A DNA stretch of 64,000 bases from Malacoraja senta (taxonomy: Eukaryota): assembly GCA_038087875.1 (NCBI GenBank), contig CM075988.1, forward strand, positions 496,001 to 560,000. Direction: 5' to 3'. Position numbers and translations under genes: made by a program. Of this stretch, positions 1 to 12,358 are shown one piece after another. Within the stretch, counting starts at the first letter, position 1, and each line of letters starts with the position of its first letter. The notes below the pieces were generated by a model. The model did not search any database. It was not told where the DNA came from and saw only the letters and a program-made list of their open reading frames with translations.

Positions 1-109
1 TCACTGGACCCGAAGTGGTCCCCGGCGCATACCTCCGCCACCTGCCCTGTCTCATTTCCTAACAGGAGGTCCAGCACTGCCCCTTCTCTAGTAGGTACCT
101 CTATGTATT
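1..109 (-). mobile_element. CR1 LINE (family A) ORF2 endonuclease fragment; outer element, runs off the window
   Basis: Minus strand reads QYIEVPTREGAVLDLLLGNETGQVAEVCAGDHFGSS, the direct continuation of FVKCVQDSFLQQY at 1716-1755. Confidence 0.85.
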
Positions 110-1715
110 AACCATATAACCATATAACCATATAACCATTACAGCACGGAAACAGGCCATCTCGGCCCTTCAAGTCCGTGCCGAAATTTTTTTTTTAAAT
201 TTTTTTTTTTTAAAATAAATACTTCCCCCTAGTCCCATCTACCTGCACTCAGACCATAACCCTCCATTCCTTTCCCGTCCATATACCCATCCAATCTATT
301 TTTAAAGGATAAAATCGAACCAGCCTCCACCACTTCCACTGGAAGCTCATTCCACACAGCTACCACTCTCTGAGTAAAGAAGTTCCCCCTAATGTTACCC
401 CTAAACTTCTGTCCCTTAATTCTCAAGTCATGTCCCCTTGTTTGAATCTTCCCTACTCTCAATGGAAAAAGCTTATCCACGTCAACTCTGTCTAACCCGC
501 TCATAATTTTAAAGACCTCTATCAAGTCCCCTCTTAACCTTCTGCACTCCAAAGAATAAACACCTAACTTGTTCAACCTTTCTCTGTAACTTAGTTGCTG
601 AAACCCAGGCAACATTCTAGTAAATCTCCTCTGTACTCTCTCTATTTTGTTGACATCCTTCCTATAATTAGGCGACCAAAATTGTACTCCATACTCCAGA
701 ATTGGCCTCACCAATGCCTTGTACAATTTTAACATTGCATCCCAACTTCTATATTCAATGCTCTGATTTATAAAGGCCAGCACCCCAAAAGCTTTCTTTA
801 CCACCCTATCTACATGAGATTCCACCTTCAGGGAACTATGCACAGTTATTCCTAGATCCCTCTGTTCAACTGCATTCCTCAATTCTCTACCATTTACCAT
901 GTACGTCCTAATTTGATTTGTCCTGCCGAGATGTAGTACCTCACATTTATCAGCATTAAACTCCATCTGCCATCTTTCAGCCCACTCTTCCAAATGGCCT
1001 AAATTTCTCTGTAGACTTTGAAAATCTACTTCATTATCCACCACACCACCTATCTTAGTATCATGTGCATACTTACTAATCCAATTTTCCACACCATCAT
1101 CCAGATCATTGATGTACATGACAAACAACAGTGGACCCAACACAGACCCCTGAGGCACCCCACTAGTCACCGGCCTCCAACCTGACAAACAGCCATCCAT
1201 CATTACTCTCTGGCATCTCCCATTCAGCCACTGTTGAATCCATCTTGCTACTCCACCATTAATACCCAACAATTGAATCTTCTTAACCAACCTTCCATGA
1301 GGAACCTTGTCAAAGGCCTTACTGAAGTCCATATAGACAACATCCACTGCTTTACCCTAATCAATTTCCCTAGTAACCTCTTCGAAAAATTCTAGAAAAT
1401 TAATCAAACATGACCTTCTAGGCACAAATCCATGTTGACTGTTCCTAATCAGACCCTGCTTATCCAGATGCTTATATATATTATCTTTAAGTATCCTTTC
1501 CATTAATTTGCCCACCACTGACATCAATCTAACAGGTCTATAATTGCTAGGTTTTCTCTTAGAACCCTTTTTAAACAACGGAACAACATGCGCAGTACGC
1601 CAATCCTCCGGCAATATTCCCGTTTCTAATGACATTTGAAATATTTCTGTCATGGCCCCTGCTATTTCTACACTAACTTCCCTCAATGTCCTCGGGAATT
1701 GCTGGGTATTGCTGG
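110..1715 (-). mobile_element. 5'-truncated CR1 LINE (family A) inserted into a same-family copy
   Basis: RT ORFs 1357..1686 and 229..1347 ([23 protein letters not shown] in place of YADD); (ATATGGTT)n tail at 110-138; GTATT duplicated at 105-109 and 1716-1720. Confidence 0.9.
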
Positions 1716-2176
1716 GTATTGCTGCAAAAAACTATCCTGCACACATTTTACAAACTCCAAACCATCCAGCCCTTTTACAGAATGTGTTTCCCAGTCTATG
1801 TGTGGAAAATCTCCCACAATCACTACCTTGTGCTTACTACTAATATCTGCTATCTCCTTACATATTTGCTCTTCCAATTCTCGCTCCCCATTTGGCGGTC
1901 TATAATACACCCCTATAAGTGTTGCTACAACTTTCCCATTTCTCAGTTCCACCCAAATAGCCTCCCTAGACAGGCCCTCTAATCTATCCTGCCAAAGCAC
2001 TGCTGTAATATCTTCCTTGACAAGCAATGCAACACCCCCACCTCTTGCCCCTCCAATTCTATCACCCCTGAAGCAACGAAATCCTGGAATATTTAGTTTC
2101 CAATCACAGCCCTCCAGCAACCATGTTTCACTGATCGCCACAACATCATACTTCCAGGTGTCAATCCAGGCTCTAA
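1716..2176 (-). mobile_element. CR1 family A, APE endonuclease 5' part of the outer element
   Basis: ORF 1683..2195 carries DVVAISETW, GGGVALLV, GVYYRPP and VIVGDF motifs. Confidence 0.88.
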
Positions 2177-3510
2177 TATAGATTGGGTGAATCAAATTGG
2201 CAAGGGTGCTGAGGAAGAGGATTTCTTGGAATGTATGCGGGATAGTTTTCTAAACCAACACGTAGAGGAACCAACGAGAGAGCAGGCTATTTTAGATTGG
2301 GTATTGAGTAATGAGGAAGGATTAGTTAGAAGTCTTGTTGTGCGTGGCCCCTTGGGCAAGAGTGACCATAATATTGTTGAGTTCTTCATTAGGATGGAGA
2401 GTGACATTGTTCATTCAGAAACAAGGGTCCTGAACTTAAAGAAAGGTAACTTTGAGGGTATGAGATGTGAATTGGCCAAGATAGACTGGCAATTGATTCT
2501 TAAAGGGTTGACGGTGGATCTGCAATGGAAGGCATTTAAAGACTGCATGGATGAACTACAACAATTGTTCATCCCAGTTTGGCAAAAAAATAAATCAGGG
2601 AAGGTAGTGCATCCATGGATAACAAGGGAAATCAGGGATAGTATCAAAACAAAAGATGAAGCGTACAAATTAGTCAGAAAAAGCAGCCTACCAGAGGACT
2701 GGGAGAAATTCAGAGTCTAGCAGAGGAGGACAAAGGGCTTCATTAGGAAAGGGAAAATAGATTATGAAAGAAAACTGGCAGGGAACATAAAAACTGACTG
2801 CAAAAGCTTTTATAGATATGTGAAGAAAAAAAGATTAGTTAAAACAAATGTAGGTCCCTTGCAGTCAGAAACAGGTAAATTGATCATGGGGAACAAGGAT
2901 ATGGCAGACCAATTGAAGAACTACTTTGGTTCTGTCTTCACTAAGAAAGACATAAATAATCTGCCGGAAATAGCAGGGGACTGGGGGACAAATGAGATGG
3001 AGGAACTGAATGAAATCCCGGTTAGCCGGTAAGTGGTGTTAGGTAAATTGAATGGATTAAAGGCCGATAAAACCCAGGGCCAGACAGGCTGCATCCCAGA
3101 GTACTTAAGGAAGTAGCCCCAGAAATAGTGGATGCATTAGTGATAATTTTTCAGAACTCTTTAGATTCTGGAGTAGTTCCTGAGGATTGGAGGGTAGCTA
3201 ATGTAACCCCACTTTTTAAAAAGGGAGGGGGAGAGAAAACGGGGAATTACAGACCAGTTAGTCTAACGTCGGTGGTGGGGAAGCTGCTAGAATCAGTTAT
3301 TTTACTTCGGAGTCACGTGAGTGACTACGTGAAGAACCCCGCCAGTGCACCTGTGCGTTATTACGTCAGACGCCTTGACGCAAACGTACATGAGGAGCAG
3401 AGCTCCTCTAATGGATTTGTAGTTTTTTAACTACAAGGTAAGTAAAAACTTTTTACAGTATTTTCAGGTCCGTTTACTGTGGGTCTGTGGGGATTTTTTC
3501 CACAGACGCC

Positions 3511-4560
3511 ATGGAAAAAACGGGCAGGGGGAAGAGGCGAGCGACTCAGCCGACAGAAAGTCGTGAAAGTCGGGAGTCTGCGGTTAGCGACCAACCGCCT
3601 CTAACCCCGGTACAGTCGCCAGCGGTGAGCATAGCGACTGTGGACCTGGGGCAGTCAGCGCCTGTCGGGCGCAAGGCCAAGTTCAAATCGAAATGGGCCA
3701 CGGAGGAGGAGTCCCAGGAAATGGAAATGGAAGAAGCTCCAGGGCTAGATACTGCTTTTAAGCCTAAATGGAAAGCCTGCTACATAGGCTGTTGGAGCGA
3801 AGCACACTCAGGTAAGAGTGTACTGAAATCCAAGCTGCTGGAAGTAGCTCAATAGCTCCTGGTACAGGGCTGATAGAATGCACCCTCAGGGATGAGGAGC
3901 GTGCCACGGGTCATGAGATTTCAGACCCCGACTCTGACGATGAGGCTGTACAAGGCGAAGAACGGCAGCTGCCAGATGTTCCATCCCTGGCAGTACGATT
4001 CGCTGCCCCGTCAGAGTCAGGAGAGCCATTAGGAGAAGAATTGGCCTCCCTAATAAATTACTTGGTTTCCCATCAGCTGGAACAGCAGGAGATGAATGAG
4101 AATGCAAGAAAATATGAGTTGAGTATGACTATGAGAACTCGAGAATTGAAATAGTGGATAAAAGCCAAGAGATGACGGAGTTGCATCAGGAAGCACTGGG
4201 GTTGCTATGCAGCACCCACTTCGAGATCAATTGTCTGAGGAAAGGTGCTATACGGCCTACTATGAATCCGAAATTCGCAGCACTCTGCAAACCAAGTAAT
4301 GTACAATTACCCAACTTACTCTTTGGAGAGGATCTCGGGAGACGTATTAAAGAGTTGGAAGATGAAGCGAAAACAGGATAGATGAAAACATCAATGGTTG
4401 TAAAGTCTGTAAAGAGGAAGTATCCTTTCAGACGTCATACGGATCCTGGACCAGGACCAAGTCGCTCATCAACGCAGGGACGTAGCTGGCGGCCTGCAGC
4501 GGGAGCAAGAACCAGTGGGGGTGCTTCCGGGAGAATCCAGGGATCTCAGAGTACTCAAAT
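3511..4560 (+). pseudogene. DIRS gag-like ORF, broken by stops and frameshifts
   Basis: Fragments 3487..3855 and 4154..4381 (INCLRKGAIRPTMNPKFAALC...LLFGEDL) lie between the left ITR and RT. Confidence 0.7.
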
Positions 4561-6094
4561 GACTCAAGAGGTAGGTGGACCTGGTTCTCATGGGAACATA
4601 CTAACCGGATTAAGTCCAAATGTTGGAGGCAGATTACGTCTCTTCTATAACAATTGGAAGAAGATTACTTCAGATGTGGTAATTCTGAATAGTATACAAG
4701 GATTTCGAATTGAATTCAATCCAAATTATGATTTGCCTGTCCAGCATGTTCCTAGCAGAACTCTCCACTTTGCACAAAAAGAAGTGATGGAGGGTCAAGC
4801 TGCATTTCAAACCCTATATATAAAAGGTGTTATTGAAGAATCAGTCTACCAAATTCACCAATTTGTGTCAAATATATTCCCTCGATCAAAAAAGGATGGA
4901 GGATGTAGGGTTATTCTAGACTTGACAAGTCTGAATCCTTTTGTTTAATTTAAACATTTTAAAAGGGAGACATTTGTGACTGCCAAACAACTTATTTCAG
5001 AAGCATGTCATATGGCAACTATAGATTTAAAAGATACATATTATTCAGTGTCTGTTTACTCGGAAGATAGGAAGTATCTTAAATTTACATGGATGAACCA
5101 GTTATGGCAGTTCAAAGCTTTGCCTAATGGGTTAACGTCCGCTCCCAGAATATTCACAAAATTGTTAAAACCAATTCTGGGGTTGCTGAGAAGCCAGGGG
5201 CATGTACTAATGGCATACTTGGATGATGTCCTGATTATAGGAAGGACAAAACAGTCAACAGAAGCATCTGTTGCAGTTGTGAAATCAACTTTTGAAAGTT
5301 TGGGGTTTCTAATTCATCCAAAGAAATCAAGGTTAACACCATGTACCTCGATTGATTATTTGGAGTTCACAATTGATTCAGTCCAAATGAAAATTACTTT
5401 GCCCAGTGAAAAAAGGGTGGAGTTGATTAAAGATTGCAGTAATCTGTTAAACGAGCAAAAACCCTCAATCAGACAGGTGGCTCGAGTACTGGGAAAATTA
5501 GTAGCAGCATTCCCAGCAGTCCAATACGGACCATTACATTATCAACAGCTGCAGAGAGTTAAAGAACAGGCACTGAGAATACATGCTGGTCATTTTGATA
5601 GAACCATGCAACTAACAACAAATGCTGTTTCTGATCTGCAGTGGTGGATTCTACATGTCTCAAGCAGTTCCAGCAAAGTGCTGATTGAACAACCTTCCAT
5701 GATATTATAAACTGATGCCAGTGCACTAGGATGGGGTGCAACTGACTTAGCATCTAGCTGCGGAGGCAGATGGAATCAGGAAGAGTCATTGTTACTGCAG
5801 ACATGGGGAGTTAACTATTTGGAGTTTTAGGATGTTTCTATGGACTCCAAGCTTATTGTTCTAACACAACTAATAAGCATGTTCAAGTTCAAATTGATAA
5901 ACACAACAGCAGTTGCCTATATTAATGATATGGGTGGAATCAAGTTGGGGTCATGTGACAAAATGGCTAATCAACTTTGGTCTTGGTGTATTGAAAAGAA
6001 CATTTGGATTTCAGCTATCTATCTACCAGGTAGAATGAACACGATAGCAGACACCAGGTCACGAAAGTTGCATGATAATAAGAATGGATGTTGA
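4560..6094 (+). pseudogene. DIRS reverse transcriptase / RNase H
   Basis: VGGRL, KKDGGCRVILDL, IDLKDTYY, FKALPNGL, AYLDDVLI; RNase H TDASALGWG at about 5711 and NTTAVAYIN...NTIADTRSR; in-frame stops present. Confidence 0.93.
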
Positions 6095-6498
6095 ATCGAG
6101 AGGTATTCAATGATATAGTAATCAGATTTCGAATGCCCGACATTGACTTGTTCACATCTAGACTGAATCATCAGCTATCGAGATATGTCTCATGGGAATC
6201 AGATCCAGGAGCAGTGGCGATTGATTCTTTCTCGCTACATTGGGGTGGTATGTTTTCATATATATTTCCACTTTTCTGCCTCATAAGCCAATGTTTGCTT
6301 AAAATCAGGCAAGATGCTGCTTCAGGGGTATTGGTAGTACCAGATTGGCCTACACAGCCATGGTATCCGTTGATATTAGAATTAACAACACAAATGTTGA
6401 TGAAAGTCCCCAAAAGGAGTAATTTATTGCTGCACCCTGTAACAGGGGAACAACATCCATTATATGATCGTTTGGATTTGTTGATTTGCAGGTTTTAA
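6088..6498 (+). pseudogene. DIRS-associated DNA adenine methyltransferase-like domain
   Basis: PDIDLFTS...AIDSFSLHW...YIFPLF...LVVPDWPTQPWYP is the motif set of the MT-like domain that follows RNase H in DIRS1-group elements. Confidence 0.8.
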
Positions 6499-6735
6499 GA
6501 AGGCCTTTTCTGGGGCGAGGACTGTCTGAGCGTACTGTGGACATGCTTACGGCAGCCTGGAGGAAGAGCACTCAAAAACAGTACCTTTCTTATATTAAGA
6601 AATGGGAAGAGTTCTGTGTACAAAAGAATGTTCAATATAGTACTGCAGATATTTCAAACGTTTAGAATTTCTGTCAAAACTTTATTATGATGAAGGTCTG
6701 AGTTATAGTGCAATTAATTCAGCCAGAAGTGCATT

Positions 6736-7461
6736 TGAAAAAGTTACTTTTATAACAACTAAACAGGTTTGCTTCTTAATAAACAGACACCACACAAACT
6801 GTTTGGTAGACCAGTACAAAACTTTACTTAACATCGGCCGATGGAAGGGAGCGAGAATTCCAGCTAAGTGACCAATGTAGACACTCGACTGTCCTCGGTC
6901 CCCTTCTCTGAACAACAGAATTACATTGTCTTAAATAGGTTTTTTTTGTCCCCTTAGCACATTCCACAGACATTAGTCATGGGCAGAGGTACAGGAAAAG
7001 GTTTCCACGGAATGCATCACATCAAAGGCCTTTTGTTTACATGGTACAAGATATACTAAAAACATTGGCCATTTGTTTTAGGTCAATTTATCTTCAAAGA
7101 GATCACCCTAGCTCTTTCGCTGCTTCCTCTCTCTCACTTGGTTCCTCATAAACATAGGCCATTTGGTTTATGGCATCTTATCTTTCCACTTCCCTGGTTC
7201 CTCTCTCATCACCTCCTCCCTCATAAACATCGAACATTTGGTACAAGGCATTTTACATATCACAGCTTATCATAGCTTCTTCTCTGCTTCCTCTCTCGTC
7301 ACTTGGGAGGCAAATGTTATAGTATTCATTATCTCAATACCCCGAAACCTGAGACAACTTAACTTGCCTTTCTGTATTATTCTACTGGAGAAAAGCCTGA
7401 TTTGAGACTAAATATAAACTGTAAGCTTTTCTTATATTTTTAACATAATTCAGCTTTATCA
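6736..7461 (-). repeat. ERV1 3' LTR
   Basis: Direct repeat of 11633..12358; termini TGAAAAAGTT...AGCTTTATCA; abutted by the polypurine tract AAAAGGATGGAA (minus, 7462-7473). Confidence 0.95.
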
Positions 7462-8098
7462 TTCCATCCTTTTATCAAAATCTTGATAATAACTACAGTC
7501 CTTGCCGAATACATACGAAAGACCATAAGCATCTCATCAGGCAAATTATCTCACTGTCTGTAGTCAGGGTATCTTTGCTGCACTTGTCATATTTGACTCC
7601 AATCTTGTTTAAAAGGAGGTGTGTACCATCCTTTAAATGTGGGTTAGTCCGCAAGTTTGCCATTCTGAAGAAAGTCCAGTCCATGTGGGCCACCCCAGAA
7701 TAAAAGGAGGGTCAATAGCTCCACAAACCGTTCACTGTCAATCAAATGTATCCAACGACAATGATCTTCAATCTTCACAGCAGTTTATGTTGTTGATAGC
7801 ACTTGGTTGATCCTTTCAACACAATCTCAATTTCTTTCTGTCCCACCACATATTCATTTTGTAGCCTTTTTGGGCTCGTCCCTGTGCTCACTGGTTTTCA
7901 GCACAGCTCCTCTAACCTGGGAATGCAAATCTGGCAAGACCTGGGTTAATTGCTGTCCATACATAATTAGTTAATTGCCCAGGGCCTGTAGGTGGCTTCC
8001 CCCCACTCTCCAGGGGGTGGGCACAGCAGCCTTTCCTGTATCAATAAAAAAGTTGTAAATCCTGTTTCTCTAGCTGCAGTTGAATGACCCCAATCTAC

Positions 8099-8229
8099 TC
8101 TGAAGAAGGGCTTCGGCCCGAAATGATGCCTATTTCCTTCGCTCCATAGATGCTGCCTCATCCCCTGAGTTTCTCCAGCACTTTTGTCTACCTTTGATTT
8201 TCCAGCATCTGCAGTTCCTTCTTAAACAC
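8099..8229 (+). mobile_element. Short Penelope-derived repeat with a degenerate hammerhead-like motif, inside ERV1
   Basis: CTGAAGAAGGGCTTCGGCCCGAAAT...GATGCTGCC...CTGAGTTTCTCCAGCA; same family as 49458..49579 and related to the end of the GIY-YIG element at 50128. Confidence 0.75.
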
Positions 8230-9094
8230 TTCTCTTTATTCTTTATTCTTTAATCCGATTATATCTGAAGAGGCTCTCCCCACCTAAATATTAAATTCTC
8301 CAAATATGTTCTCTTCCCCAATCTACTTATCTTCTCACCTTTTATCCCTCATTGTGAGTTCCCTCAAACCCCCTTTTGTAAGCCATAAGACAATTTTACA
8401 TGTACATTCATTTCCCTTACACAGCACATGCTTCAACACCTTTGTTGGTCTGCAGACCGTAATCTTGCTTCATTTGCATTTTAAAGGACAACCTCTGTTA
8501 TCACATCAAAACAATCTTTCCCAAAAGAACTCACTCAGAATCAGTAATCAATAATACATTTTCTTTTTCTCTGTAATTTTGACATTTCCAATCTCATTTA
8601 ACACTTTAATTGGGATGAGTCTCTTTTTGAACTCGGCTCAAAAGATTTATAACAACCAACACATTTTATCATTTGAGTATAGCTCCACCCCCCATTCATG
8701 GCAGTGTCTTAAAGGAACACACCATAACCTGCCTGTTCATTTGCATTTTAAAGGACAAACTGTTCTTAAAGGGACACACACCTTTGCTCATTGCTTCAAA
8801 TTTCACACATTCCACATACAAAAAACATTGTTTTACAAGCAGTACATACACAAAAAAAATGGTTTTACCAGCGGTATATAATATTTCATCTTCAAAGACG
8901 TCTCTTTGCAATTTACTTTCCCTTTTTCTGACAAGACTTCTGTTTACCAGAATCCTGGTAACCTAACCCTAATTGGACTTTGATCCAGATCATGATTAGT
9001 CAGACTCCCCGTGACTTTTCAGTCTCCCTATCCTATCCTCATTTCTCCACCGAATTTGTCTTCATCCCCAATTTTTTTATAACATAGTTGCTTG

Positions 9095-9635
9095 TCAGAA
9101 AAAGGATTCCCCCGGGGTAATTTTGTTTTGCAATGCCCCATAGGCTCTTTCCACCATCCCAGATGCCTGTGGGTGATGTACACAGTGAAATTGCTGTCCG
9201 ATATAAAAATGTGTACATATTTCCTTATTAATAGTGGCAATAAAATGGGGACCATTGTCCGAGCTTATGACAGTAGGTAGGCCAAACCTGGGAATAACTT
9301 CCCTTAACAACAATGTTACTGTAGTCTCAGCAGTATTATTAGTGGTTGGTAGAGCTTCAATCCACCTGCTAAATAAATCTAAAATCACTAAGCAATATTT
9401 ATAACACTGGGCCCTTGGCATTTCAATAAAATCAATCTGTATGCATTCAAACGGTCGTGATGGCATTGGCATCACCCCTGAGGGTATCTTAATTGGTTTG
9501 CCTGGATTACTTCGTTGGCAAATTTTACATTCAGAGGCCTGCTTCAGTGCCTCTTGCCGGATTTTCAGGTGCCACCACGTTTCCTTTGTCATCCTTATCA
9601 TTCCCTCCTTACCAGTATGGGTAAGAGAATGAATA
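9095..9635 (-). pseudogene. ERV1 integrase (zinc finger plus DDE core), truncated
   Basis: HSLTH...CKIC zinc finger; IQIDF, SSDNGPHF and QASGMVER catalytic motifs. Confidence 0.92.
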
Positions 9636-9699
9636 TATGTTAGTCAGACGGGGAAAAATGCATCGTATACACCAACTTGTCCAAGCGGGGTGAGCCGAA

Positions 9700-10644
9700 T
9701 CAATGGCACAGCCCTCTTGTTTCCATAGTTGTTTTTATATATGAGGCGTCCCTCTGTAATGTACATACCTCCCTCATGTTTGGCAGGACCGTTCTATTTG
9801 CTAGTATCTGTTTACCAGATGTCACTAAGCATTTGGATGCATAGGCTGTTTGTTTGGCTACACTATCGGCAAATGCATTGCCTTTTGTTATAGGGTCCCC
9901 AGCACCAGTGTGTGCAGCACATTTAATAATGGTCAGCTGTTCTGGTATCATCAATGCCTTAAGCAAATAACGCACAGAAAGGCATTCCCGTGCTCCCAAT
10001 CCTGGGGAGCTTTGTAAGGTCAGAACTTCAAGGTATAGGGATATTACTGACGGAGCTGCCACAGGTAAGGATGCCATTGCTACTGGTAGGACGTAGGGAG
10101 GTGGACATCTCCCAGGATTATCTAACTCCTCATCTTCACTACCAAACAGGGTCGTCGTGCCAGACATGAAGTCTCCTCCAGAGGATTTACCAGTACTGAG
10201 GTTATTTTTACTAACCATCACCTGTTTCTCACCTCCTGCCTGTCTCTTAATTATTTTCTCTTGTTCCTCCGCCCACTGGCATTCTAGTTGCAATACTTTC
10301 CATCCTTTCATAGTGCCATCCTTATTTCGTAACTCTATCCCTTGTTTACATGCAGTATCCATCCAACTTCGATCTCTACTCTCCTCATGCTTCTTTTCTG
10401 CTTCTGCTTTCCACGTCTTAATTCCCTTCTTCCATTTCTTTCCTGCCTTCCTTTCCCATATCAACATTTCTGCTTTTTTAATTGTCTCGACATTCCATGT
10501 GCCCCCTACTGGCGCGGCTTCATCCCCCAACCGTTTGGTCAACTTGTAACTTAACATTCTAAATTTCTTATTATACTTAGGATTCAAATAACACATATGT
10601 TGGACGGGGGTTCCCCCCTCACTGTTATCCAGAGCATTCCCCAT
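9700..10644 (-). CDS. ERV1 chimeric ORF: Gag N-terminus (matrix-like, PPPY) fused in frame to the RNase H C-terminus, 314 aa
   Basis: Starts MGN; basic WKKGIKTWK region; PPPY at 10093-10104; then LLKALMIPEQLTIIKCAAHT...KGNAFADSVAK. Expression unknown. Confidence 0.7.
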   Translation of the reverse strand: MGNALDNSEGGTPVQHMCYLNPKYNKKFRMLSYKLTKRLGDEAAPVGGTWNVETIKKAEMLIWERKAGKKWKKGIKTWKAEAEKKHEESRDRSWMDTACKQGIELRNKDGTMKGWKVLQLECQWAEEQEKIIKRQAGGEKQVMVSKNNLSTGKSSGGDFMSGTTTLFGSEDEELDNPGRCPPPYVLPVAMASLPVAAPSVISLYLEVLTLQSSPGLGARECLSVRYLLKALMIPEQLTIIKCAAHTGAGDPITKGNAFADSVAKQTAYASKCLVTSGKQILANRTVLPNMREVCTLQRDASYIKTTMETRGLCH

Positions 10645-10673
10645 AGATAGATAGAGAGAAAGAGAAAGAGAAA

Positions 10674-11100
10674 GCAGACTTCTTAATTCCGAATCGTTCC
10701 AAATATATCAACCAGGCCGACTCGCTACTCGAGACCCTAGTTTCTCAATTTGGCTGACTTTTTTTTTTTTTTTACCTCTTTGATATACGACCCAAGTGTC
10801 TCAACGAGGCCGACTCGCTAACCGAGACCCCCGTTTCTCAACCTGGCAGACTTCTTAATTCCGAATTGTTCCAAATATATCAACCAGGCCGACTCGCTAC
10901 TCGAGACCCCAGTTTCTCAATTTGGCTGACTTTTTTTTTTTTTTACCTCTTTGATATACGACCCAAGTGTCTCAACGAGGCCGACTCGCTAACCGAGACC
11001 CCCGTTTCTCAACCTGGCAGACCTAAAATAAGCCCCATGTGTCTCAACGAAGCAGACCCGCTAACCGAGACCCCCGTTTCTCAACCTGGCAGACTTCTTA
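10674..11100. repeat. Tandem repeats in the ERV1 leader (two units of about 173 bp plus shorter sub-repeats)
   Basis: GCAGACTTCTTAATTCCGAAT restarts at 10674 and 10846; GCTAACCGAGACCCCCGTTTCTCAACCTGGCAGAC occurs three times. Confidence 0.9.
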
Positions 11101-11614
11101 CTCTTTAATATACAACGCCACTTATTTCTCAATCCGACAACTCTTCGGATGTCTCAATAAGCCAGACGCACACCTCAACCCCCGTATCTCAACCCGACAA
11201 ATCACGGATATCTCAACGAGGCCGATGAGCCCTTAGTAGAGAGAAAGAGAGAAGAAAAAAAAGAAAACAAAGAGATAGACAGAGAGAGAGAGAAAGAGAA
11301 ACCACTCGCGTCCTTCTTAACAATATACACAAGCCCTTCTTAAAAATACATGCACAATTCTGTCTTAAAAATACATACACAATCCCTTCTTAAAAAACCC
11401 CCCTATACAGCCCAACTGGTCTTACCTTGGCCTGTTTCTAAGAACCTCGGCAGGGAACCTGGATCAACCTCTGATGAAGGATCACAGACGTTCCCGGGAG
11501 TTTCTAGGGAGTCGGTCTTACAAGGGGGCCGATAGAGCTCAGTTATCTCCCTTCCAATCCCGGCAACCTCTGCAACCTCTTGCACAGTCAGCCGTTGATG
11601 TGGTCCCAGCGAGG

Positions 11615-11631
11615 CCTGCATAACTACGCCA
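11615..11631 (-). promoter_or_regulatory. ERV1 primer-binding site, tRNA-Ser-like
   Basis: TGGCGTAGTTATGCAGG begins 1 nt after the 5' LTR and resembles the complement of the tRNA-Ser 3' end (TGGCGTAGTCGGCAGG). Confidence 0.75.
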
Positions 11632-11632
11632 A

Positions 11633-12358
11633 TGAAAAAGTTACTTCTATAACAACTAAACAGGTTAGCTTCTTAATAAACAGACACCACACAAACTGTT
11701 TGGTAGACCAGTTCAAAACTTTACTTAACATCGGCCGATGGAAGGGAGCGTGAATTCCAGCTAAGTGACCAATGTAGACACTCGACTGTCCTCGGTCCCC
11801 TTCTCTGAACAACAGAATTACATTGTCTTAAATAGTTTTTTTTTGTCCCCTTAGCACATTCCACAGACATTAGTCATGGGCAGAGGTACAGGAAAAGGTT
11901 TCCACAGAATGCATCACATCAAAGGCCTTTTGTTTACATGGTACAAGATATACTAAAAACATTGGCCATTTGTTTTAGGTCAATTTATCTTCAAAGAGAT
12001 CACCCTAGCTCTTTCGCTGCTTCCTCTCTCTCACTTGGTTCCTCATAAACATAGGCCATTTGGTTTATGGCATCTTATCTTTCCACTTCCCTGGTTCCTC
12101 TCTCATCACCTCCTCCCTCATAAACATCGAACATTTGGTACAAGGCATTTTACATATCATAGCTTATCATAGCTTCTTCTCTGCTTCCTCTCTCGTCACT
12201 TGGGAGGCAAATGTTATAGTATTCATTATCTCAATACCCCGAAACCTGAGACAACTTAACTTGCCTTTCTGTATTATTCTACTGGAGAAAAGCCTGATTT
12301 GAGACTAAATATAAGCTGTAAGCTTTTCTTATATTTTTAACATAATTCAGCTTTATCA
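11633..12358 (-). repeat. ERV1 5' LTR
   Basis: Same length as the 3' LTR; about 8 substitutions counted by eye. Confidence 0.95.

Larger units (their letters stand above)
6736..12358 (-). mobile_element. Internally deleted endogenous retrovirus (ERV1; class I-like by inference), 5.6 kb
   Basis: Two 726-bp TG..CA LTRs, 4-bp TSD CATT (6732-6735, 12359-12362), PBS, PPT, and gag, RNase H and integrase remnants. Confidence 0.95.

Noticed and set aside
7493..7693. env gene in ERV1
   Set aside because: Only a short, partly hydrophobic 66-aa stretch before the PPT; no furin site, immunosuppressive domain or CX6CC was recognisable.
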